From the NCBI GenBank assembly GCA_012295275.1, contig CM022671.1:35340001-35404000 (forward strand): a stretch of DNA of 64,000 bases, written 5' to 3'. The translations under genes and the position numbers were made by a program. The stretch comes from Chrysomallon squamiferum (Eukaryota; Animalia; Mollusca). Every line of letters begins with the position of its first letter. The first letter of the stretch is position 1. Below, one piece after another: positions 54,647-64,000 of this stretch. The notes below the pieces were generated by a model. It had not been told where the DNA came from. It was given only the letters and a program-made list of their open reading frames with translations, and made no database searches.

Positions 54647-55953
54647 GTTTAAAATTAAGCTTGGTAAATTAGGAGTGTGTATACGAGACAAGTAATTGTT
54701 TCTGCATGTTTCTCTTGTTTACTTACAAAAACAAGTTTTAAAAGACAGCCTTTTCTTTGCCAGCTTGTTCAAACAACAGAAAAATCAATTGATAGATGCA
54801 GAAGCAATTGCTGATGACTGTAACAACTTGTTAGCATTGCTTCATCCAATTAGATAATGATAAAGTATTTATCTCTCAGCTTCTGCCATTAATACCTTTT
54901 GTATGTAGTTACACACTCTGAAACATATCTTTTATATAACACAAGTGTATTAACTATGTTTAGTTCATGGTATGAATATACATAAATCGTTAAAACATTC
55001 TGTATTTTGTATACTTCAGAGTAATAATTTTTTAACATTTTTTTTAAATTTTTTAAGTTATTATTTTTTGTATTATATGATTATTATTTTTTTTTTTTTT
55101 TTTTTTACTTCTGTACTTTGCTACTGATGGAGGATAATACAAGTATAACATGTACATTGTCCTCACTTACATGATTGTATCTGTTTGTCTGTGTGTATGT
55201 GTGTGCACTGACACAATGTGATGACACATTTCACACAGAAATGTAAGCAATAATAATAGTAATAATAATAAATATAATTAAAAAAATTAATTAATTAATT
55301 AATTAATAATTAATAAATAAATAAATAAATAAATAATGCATTTCCAATTACTTTGAAGTCTACAAAATCTACATATTAGTCTCTGTATCTACCTGAGAAC
55401 AGGTAGATTTAACTGTCACACCACACTGATCTCACCTCCCACACTCAGATACATTTAAATATGACAGACAGCGAGATTTACCTCTCTGTTTTCTAAAACA
55501 CAGCATTCTCCTCAGATTAACTCTATCTTTCCTGACTCTTGGGAGCCATTTTTCTTTCTAATATGCTTTTTTTTTTTTTTTCTTCCATTTCTTCTTCAAT
55601 TAACTCTGGATTGTGGATTTTAGTTTCTATTAGAAGTGACAGCCAGACATTATTTACATGGAAATTGTCTCTCTAATGTTCATCTTAATGTAGCCATCAC
55701 ATATGTTAGCGATTAGCAGTGTTTACTGCTGACAGACACACAGACAGTCATACAGATATAATTTAATGTCACTTTCTTCTCAGAGCTAATTGTAATCAAA
55801 TTGCAATGTGGGGGAATATATCTTTAGAAAAGGAGCAGGTTTTTTTTTTTTTTTTTGAAATTTTTATTTGATTCAAGAATGTTTAGAAATGATAGTTATA
55901 TATAGGAATAAACAGTATGTACAAACAAATTTTTATTTTTTTTATTATTTAAT

Positions 55954-55987
<34 letters not shown>

Positions 55988-56147
55988 AAATTCTAGTTTT
56001 AATAGATAATGAAGAAAATTCAATTATAAAATTTTCTTTTATTTAATAACATCACTTGAGCATATCGATTATTTTTTTTAATCATCAGCTTTTGGATGTG
56101 AAATAATGTTCAGTCTTTTAATTTGGAGAGTTCTCAGAGTGTCTGGG

Positions 56148-56151
<4 letters not shown>

Positions 56152-56230
<79 letters not shown>

Positions 56231-56286
56231 TATATATATATATACACAGAGACAGATACAGATACAGATACAGATACAGATACAGA
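56152..56286. repeat. (GA)n-(TA)n-(GATACA)n compound microsatellite; other GA/CT tracts at 29184-29245 and 52046-52130, (ATAC)n at about 56837-56900
   Basis: Direct inspection. Confidence 0.95.
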
Positions 56287-56833
56287 AAAACACACATATA
56301 TAGTATCATGGCATTAACAGTGAATATGCAACCATTAAAGCAGCCAAAATGTACTAGAATTTCAAAAAAAAAAAAAAAAAAAAAATACTTTATATATATA
56401 TATAAAATAACTATAAATACACAAATCAAATAAGAGCAAAAACATATATATGTGTTTAAATAAATGTGAAAGGTCAGCATTTGGAGATATAAACACTGTG
56501 ATTTCTGACTGAAGTTCAATACATACATGTTTAAATTACACTGGAGCAGACTAGCTGCACTCTGGAGCTGTTAAAGACAGACAGACTGACAGACTGGACT
56601 TTTCTGCACTTTAACAGGTTTTTCTGTAACAAGGAGAACTGATGAATACAGGCTAGACAGAGACTATGCAGTGATAATTAATCAAGTAATGAAAATTTAA
56701 AGAAATCATTTACTGTGACTTTCACAAACTGAATTGTGTTATATATGCACATGAGCGCACACGCACTCATATAAAATGAATGCTGAGTACAAATGTACTT
56801 ACACACATACATGCATGCATACATATACATATG

Positions 56834-56865
<32 letters not shown>

Positions 56866-57711
56866 CATACATACATACATACATACATACATACATACAT
56901 CAAACATACCCATTTATCCATCCATTCATCCATCCATTGATACTTACATACATACATACACACACATATACATGCACAACATACATACATATACACGTAC
57001 TGGCATACATTTGATACATAATTATTTAACCAAAAAGCACACCGATTCCTTCATTAGAGTAACAGGTGTTTTCTAAAAATGATTAATTTTTACCTGAGTT
57101 TATTACCTGTACAATTAATAATAATTCCTCTTTCTAATAAGATCACATTTCCTTTTTATGATATCCTTGGCCTTTTAAACATAGAGATCGTCATAATTAA
57201 AACTTATTTTTATATATATCAGTGATGTTCCTGGCCTTCACAGAATTTTATAGTTTGTCAAAATTATATTTTCTGCAGTTTTATTATACTGATGTGTATT
57301 ATAAATAGATATGTACATTGAAAAGCATCGAAAGGTATTTTATTTGACTCATGAATATGTATGACCCTACATTTACATGCAGACATAATGTCAGGTATGA
57401 TAAAAGGCTTGATGCTGACAATGAAACAAATCAGAACAAAATCTGATATTAAACTGTGTATCAGATACGTTGACAGGATTTGTCTAAATGTAAGGAATAG
57501 TGTATCACTGATAGAGCTGTTCCCACATTCAGAATGGCAAATATTTATATATTTTTATACACAGTTTTTTGATTGATGTGTTTTACTTTTAGGAATATGA
57601 ATGTATTTTGTTGTTTATATTTTCTATTCTATTTTAAATCTACTATTTATTTTATTTTTTTCTGTTTTTAATTAATTAATTATTTATGCAACTTATTTTA
57701 TTTTATTTTTT

Positions 57712-57778
<67 letters not shown>

Positions 57779-57803
57779 TCTATTTATTTATTTGTGCTGT
57801 TTG

Positions 57804-57908
57804 TTGTTTTTACCTGATTGTTTATTTTACCTGATTGTTTATTTTACCTGATTGTTTATTTTACCTGATTGTTTATTTTACCTGTTTGTTTATTTTACCT
57901 GATTGTTT
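57804..57908 (+). repeat. 17-bp tandem repeat (TTTATTTTACCTGATTG) x6 running directly into the acceptor of exon 57912
   Basis: TACCTG occurs at 57811, 57828, 57845, 57862, 57879 and 57896, then tttcag|. Preceded by (ATTT)n at about 57712-57792. Confidence 0.95.
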
Positions 57909-57911
57909 CAG

Positions 57912-58016
57912 GAATTACAGCAGTCGACTGCGAAGCTGCAGCAGCTGGAATATGACTACCAGGTGGCGCTGCAGAGAAATGAGCAGAAACAGGAAGAGAT
58001 CAACCGTCTTCATCAG
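57912..58016 (+). CDS. RIMBP2: Internal coding exon (0/0): ELQQSTAKLQQLEYDYQVALQRNEQKQEEINRLHQ
   Basis: Acceptor gattgtttcag| and donor CAG|gtttga. 105 nt. Resembles the vertebrate RIMBP2 N-terminus as recalled (REAAERRQQLQLEHDQALAVLSAKQQEIDLLQK); recalled, not searched. Confidence 0.88.
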
Positions 58017-58361
58017 GTTTGATTTTGTCTCACTTTGTATCGCTCACTTTATCATTATCATTAGTTTTATTATTATTATTATTAATTTTATTATATTATT
58101 ATTAGTGTTATTATTACTGTTATTGTTACTACTATTATTGTATTTTATTATTATTATTATCGTCATCATCATCACCATCATTACTGTTATTATTATTATT
58201 ATCATTATCATCATCATCATTATTATTATTATTATCATCATCATCATTATCATTATTATTATTATTATTATCATCCATCATCATCATCATCATCATCATC
58301 ATTATTATTATTATTATTATTGTTTGTTTATTTATTTATATTTTGATGTTTTATTTTGCAG

Positions 58362-58412
58362 TGTCAACATGAAGCTAGACTTGAACATGAAAAAGCTGTT
58401 GAAGAACTGAAG
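58362..58412 (+). CDS. RIMBP2: Small coding exon (0/0): CQHEARLEHEKAVEELK
   Basis: Acceptor ttattttgcag| and donor AAG|gtaatt. 51 nt. Matches the recalled RIMBP2/TSPOAP1 segment AQVEAKKEHEGAVQLLE. Confidence 0.9.
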
Positions 58413-58722
58413 GTAATTCTTACTGTTCATTTCTTATTTACCTGCACAAATACACATGCATTATCTCAAAAGTTACTCATTTATCCATATATATATATAT
58501 ATATATATAACCTTACTTACACACAGCAAACAGATATAATCATATATATATACCTACATCTACATACATACAGATGCACACATAGACATACACACACAAT
58601 TACAAACATATTTTCTTTCTCTCACACACAAACATACATACAAAATATACACCACACATCTTTATCATGCAGTAATTATCAGTACTGTCAGATATTTAAA
58701 CTTTTAAACTTTTATTTTAAAG

Positions 58723-58969
58723 ATTCGAATTCAGGATCTGGAAAAGCAGTGCAGACAACACAAACTACAACAGCAGCAGCTGAGCTCTGAGCTCAGTTTG
58801 CTGAAATCAAAGAACGAGGTTTTTAAACCCACAGTGACAGTCTCGGCTCAGATACAGACTGAGTCTCCTTCGTTCAGAACCACTGGCACGGATGCTCTCC
58901 CCTTGCAGTACTCTCCTCACTTCCTGTCTTCCTACTCCAATCAAAATGGCCAAAGACCAGAAATTCAAG
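58723..58969 (+). CDS. RIMBP2: Coding exon (0/1): IRIQDLEKQCRQHKLQQQQLSSELSLLKSKNEVFKPTVTVSAQIQTESPSFRTTGTDALPLQYSPHFLSSYSNQNGQRPEIQ
   Basis: Acceptor ttttattttaaag| (AAG type) and donor AAG|gtcagt. 247 nt, open. The start resembles recalled RIMBP2 KVRELEEKCRTQSEQFNLLSRDL and marks the end of the coiled coil. Confidence 0.87.
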
Positions 58970-59541
58970 GTCAGTGTTTGTTGTTTGTACTCTCCACTTT
59001 GCTTCTCCTCCATCCATTGTAGCTTCTCAGTAGAACATTTATAGGATAATAGTTTATTATTATTTTCCTTTTTTAATTTTGTCATTTGCTTAAAATAAGA
59101 ATTAATTATATATATATATTAATCGCAAGTGATTATTTTATATAATTATGGTGATGGATTTTTTAAATGCCATTTTAAAGATTTTTAAAACTGCTGTGAT
59201 TATTTGAAATATACATTCATTTAGCTGCTTCATTTATTTATTTATTATTTATTTTTACTTTAGTTTTATTATTTTTGATATATTTCCATTTGTAACATTA
59301 AGATTCATTTAATCCAGTTCACATTTAAAAAGCCACCATTTATAGTTTCTAGAAATACCAACTAGACACTAGGCAGGTGTCCTTTGTAACTAGGTCCCGT
59401 CAGATCATACCTTGATATTTTTAACCTAGAACTCAATAATTCATAAACAAACATTTGCACATGGTTATGTAAATTTTCCATGCTGTAAAAACAACTTTCA
59501 CATTTTTCTGTACAGTTTTGTTGTTTTTCTTGTCCTGACAG

Positions 59542-59634
59542 AATTTTACCATTCCTCCAACTTTAAACTGAACCACAGTGAACAAAACAACAATCAAATA
59601 GTTCCTTCCGACTCTAACAAGTCTCTAGACACAG
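59542..59634 (+). CDS. RIMBP2: Coding exon (1/1): (E)FYHSSNFKLNHSEQNNNQIVPSDSNKSLDT
   Basis: Acceptor tttttcttgtcctgacag| and donor CAG|gtaagt. 93 nt, open in the phase-1 frame inherited from 58969. Low-complexity linker. Confidence 0.8.
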
Positions 59635-61050
59635 GTAAGTGGGTGACCCATGTGTTTGTCCATTCACTAACCTTCTATTCATATTTTGTTGTGTTCCACA
59701 TCAAATATTCAGCTAAAGGTGTATAAATATAGAAATAGGTATGTTATTAAAAAGTGTCATCATGTCACTCAAAGATAGGCTTTCGACATAAATATGTACA
59801 TATATAAATACACACGTATACATATAAAGTTTTACATAAATATGCATACACAAATACAATTATACTCGCATACTTCACACTCAGAAAATCTCATATATGT
59901 GAAATATACACAGTATACATAAAAATATATACTTTTGTGTTTATATTCACTATGCATACACACATTCACACTCACACACACAGATACATACATATATATA
60001 TCTATACACACACACACACACTTGGACACCCTATATACACATACCGACACGCACACATACACACTCAGTAGCATTCAGTTGGTAAAACACAAAGAGGAAT
60101 ATCAAATATAAAATAATAGTCTTTTGTTTTAACAGATAACCAGTCTGTTACTATATTACCATAACCTCACTCTGCACCTTTATATACTACAATACACTTT
60201 ATATTACATAATATACTTTATATGTTACATAATATACACTTATTATATATAAAAGCATGAGCTTGGCACTGTAAATTACATTAACAGTTACATATTTGAC
60301 ATTGTTTATTTTCATTTTAAGATAAAGCAATGTATTTCACAGTGCGTAATATTGATGTTATTAGACAGGAAATTATTGTTATGACATATGTAGAATGATT
60401 TAACAACCAAATTGTCTGTAATGATTATTATAACATGAAATTTATGTCCATGATGTTGTTGTAGCTGCAGTTCTCACAAAGTAGAATACTGTCACTTTTT
60501 AGTTTAAATCTTCATAAGACAGCTAATAATTAAATCTATCAAAAAAAAAAAAAAAATAATAATAATTAAATCAGTTTGCTAGCATTTATATAAAGAAATT
60601 TGGAATTGAAAGTTTGAAAAAAAAAACTTTTTTTGTGATTTAATAAATAATGTTATGTATACCTGAATTAGACAGTTAGAAATAATAATAAAACAATGAC
60701 ATACCTGTTATAATCAATACAATTTATTATTATTATTATTATTATTATTATGCTTCATAGTTTTATTTTAGCTTTCATATAATTAAAATGATTGTGCTTT
60801 TGAAATTGTGGGAATATTATTAAGCTTCATTTTATAAATTATATTATTACTATAGTCTCCATTTTAAAGTTTATAATATTACTGCAGCTTTGTCATAGAA
60901 TTTTTAATATTACTACAGCTCTGGTTAAATATTTACATTACTGTGGTGGCTTACACTTGAAGTTTACATTATCATGGTTGCCTTCATTTTGCATTGTTTG
61001 TGAAAGTTAATTTTTTAAAACATTCTACAACAATAACTGCTCCCTGCCAG

Positions 61051-61212
61051 GTTTTGCCGAGGAGGACAATGAGGACGAAGTAGACGACATTGTCCACGTG
61101 TCCCCAGATCACAAGAGTGACTCTGGGGACCCGGAGCTCAACGAAATCGCTAAAAAGTTAAAAGAACTCACAGTCCCAGACTCCGACGATGACCTGAACA
61201 GCTTGGCGGAAG
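61051..61212 (+). CDS. RIMBP2: Coding exon (1/1), acidic linker: (G)FAEEDNEDEVDDIVHVSPDHKSDSGDPELNEIAKKLKELTVPDSDDDLNSLAE
   Basis: Acceptor ctgctccctgccag|. GC-rich, codon-like and open in phase 1. Probable donor AAG|gtgctg is weak, so the 3' end is less certain. Confidence 0.82.
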
Positions 61213-61894
61213 GTGCTGCCCTCTATGTTTTCTCTCGTTTTCTGCTTGCAGTGCTTGCATGTTCCTTTCATGTTTCAGTTTGACTTTTTTACTGGGTTTT
61301 TTTTTGTCCTTTTCACTTTTAGCTTTGTCGTTTGTTGTTATTCGTGATTGAATTTTAATTTTGAATTGGCTGTTTGTATTATCTCTTCTTGTTTTATTTC
61401 GTTTTTCTTTACTTTCCTCCATTTTATTTAGTGCACTAATATTTTCTTCAAGCCTCCTCCTCTGTGAATTTTAAATAAAGTACAAGACATAATTGAATAA
61501 AGTAATTATTACTAAATAAATGAATGATTTAATGAATGAATATCTGTTACCAAACCTCAACAATCAGGTATCAAACATAATTTTATACTTACAAAATCTA
61601 GGTGAAAACACTTTTTGTGTATAAGATATATTTATTTATGTCAGTAAAATATATTTTATTTGGACTTTGACAATCAAGAAATCACATAACAATATTAAAC
61701 ACTTATGATAATGCACACTAACATTTTTTCTAAAGATTTAAAATGAATAATGAGAAATATTTGAATAAATTAAATACTATTGAACAAATGGGTGACTGAC
61801 TGAATGAAAATGTTTTACCAAAATCTCAACACTTTATTATATTAATGATATTAATAATAATTAGGCATCAGATGTGATTTTATGTTTATAAAAA

Positions 61895-62112
61895 AAATAA
61901 TAATAATAAAATAAAATAAAATAAAACCAAATAAAATAAATGAAATGAAATAAAACAAATTAAAATAAAATAAAATAAAACCAAATAAAATAAATGAAAT
62001 GAAATAAAATAAAATAAAATAAAATAAAATAAAATAAAATAAAATAAAATAAAATAAAACCAAATAAAATAAAATAAAATAAAATAAATAAATAAATAAA
62101 TAAATAAATAAA
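61895..62112. repeat. (AAAAT)n / (AAAT)n microsatellite
   Basis: Direct inspection. Confidence 0.95.
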
Positions 62113-63419
62113 TATATACATAAATTAGTAAATAAATTAAATGTTTTGTTGTAAAATACAACATATTTATATTCCTAATAGTAAAATACTTCAGTCTGTA
62201 TGTACGTCTGTCTGTCTGTCTACATAAAACATTACGTGTGACACACTTACTGTAGTGCACTAGTAGAGGAAGTAAAAATTAATGATGCACTTAGAAGACT
62301 TGTCTGCCTCAAACCATTTCATTAACACCAGAAATAGAAAAACAAACATTAAAGAGTAGTAAAAAATAAAAATAATAATAAATAAAGAAAAAGAATAACA
62401 AAGAAAAATTGAAAATACAAAACCCTGACAATAATGATATTAATAAAACGAGTTTGTTATAAATACATATAAAATATAAAGAGCCAATGAATTTTTATAT
62501 TTTATTGTCTAGATAGGTGTTTTAAAATAAACAAATTTATGTATCATATTATCTGATTGTGTTTTTCTGTCTAAGGGTGGGTACATGTAATGAAAAAACC
62601 CTGCAGCTATTTCATAAGAGAGACTTTCATAAAAGTGCATTTCCTTTCGTGTGATCATTAAAATTACATAGGTGTTTGACAGATGATGTTAAAAAATGTA
62701 CTTACGCTGATTCACATTTTCAATATTTACAATAATGAAATTTTCTTGCTGAAGTAAGTATTAATAATGTTTTTTTTAATTTAGGATTTCAGTTTGCCAA
62801 ATTATACTATTATTAATATCTTTTTGAATGCAGCTTAACATATTTTACCATTGATTCTGACACGCTGCAATGCTGAAGCTAACAATATTAACAGATATTT
62901 CTTTCTCTCTACTCAGTTACTGATGTCAAATTTACAAAGGTCTACAAGTTTTACTTTATCTCACACATTTCATTTTTCATGTTGCGATATTATTAAACAT
63001 CCATTCATTTTGGTCCAGTGTTTGATAAGACAGTTTGAAAATCCATCCATTTATTGTTAACTGATGTAAAATTTCAAAGACGTTTCTTGTTATTTGTGGG
63101 TTTTAAATGGTTAAGATCATCAAAACGTTTTAGTAAAAAAAACACCAAAACAAAGCGTGGTTTTAGAGTTGATGGGTTTACTGGGGTGAGGTGTAGTTTG
63201 ATGTTGTTACAAGATGTCAGTGTTGTTGTTGTCTGTGTTGTGTTAAATATTACTGTCAGCATGTGTGTTGAATGCTTTTAAAAAAAAAATATTTTAGACT
63301 TTAGTATATTTGTGTGTGTGTGTTTCATGCACCCATTTTTGTACCTCTTTGTTTATCTGTATTTACTTGTTGATTTTGTTTTAAAAGTGACATCTGACCC
63401 TGAGTTTATCTGTTACTAA

Positions 63420-63433
63420 ATCTTCTTCTTCTT

Positions 63434-63464
<31 letters not shown>

Positions 63465-63467
63465 TTC

Positions 63468-63502
<35 letters not shown>
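63420..63502. repeat. (CTT)n-(ATT)n compound microsatellite
   Basis: Direct inspection. Confidence 0.95.
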
Positions 63503-64000
63503 TTGTTACAAGAGATCACTCTGTTCACTTCCACACAGACTATATTCAGTTTTTATTTCATAGTTATTATATATTTTATTTATTGCACGGATGTCATATC
63601 AAAGAGTTAAATACTGTTTTGCACTGCCTGTGTTGTATTGTTTCATTCAGTTACTACAGAACATGTAAATGTCAGATATAATAGATACAATTAACAAATG
63701 TGTTATTTGAGTTAATTATACAACCAGTCATCTGCTATTTCTGAATCTAACGATGTAGTATTAACTATTCTTGTATATAATACGTTTGATATTCCCTCTG
63801 TTTTAGTTATTTCCAATATGCTTCAACAGTAGACATTCAGTGAAAATATCTTCACTTTCTAGTCGAAAGACTTATTCAGAATCATTTTAAAATACATTTT
63901 TATATATAAATACAATATGTTTTCAGTTTATGAGTTATGACTTCAGCTAAATCAAATTTTTAGGACAGTTTTTCATTATTTTCAAATCACTGGTGTTATG

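Noticed and set aside
54087-54695. His/Thr-rich ORFs up to 202 aa (also 31379-31895 and 44634-45104)
   Set aside because: Read-through of (CA)n/(TG)n microsatellites.

Overview
AT-rich, CpG-depleted, microsatellite-dense animal DNA. It is probably molluscan (gastropod-like), which is an inference from degenerate tRNA-SINE fragments recalled from memory. The whole window lies inside one large + strand gene. Nine GT-AG exons (13311-13430, 20954-21037, 24145-24234, 53235-53357, 57912-58016, 58362-58412, 58723-58969, 59542-59634, 61051-61212) splice into one open frame encoding a long coiled coil followed by a Ser/acidic linker. The 57912-58800 part matches the N-terminal coiled coil of RIMS-binding proteins (RIMBP2/TSPOAP1 family). 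The start of the gene and the SH3/FN3 exons lie outside the window. Nearly all ORFs in the supplied track are repeat artefacts. Three observations stand out. (1) CpG-rich islands in the introns contain short ATG-to-donor frames in phase 0 and look like a battery of alternative first exons; the best one (51742-51837) begins MGALNCS and fits an N-myristoylation motif. (2) Three acceptors sit at the end of tandem arrays built from the splice-site sequence itself. (3) The exon after the 29-kb intron begins with GTAAAT, a recursive-splicing-like arrangement. No prokaryotic system, CRISPR array, rRNA, intact tRNA or transposase was seen.
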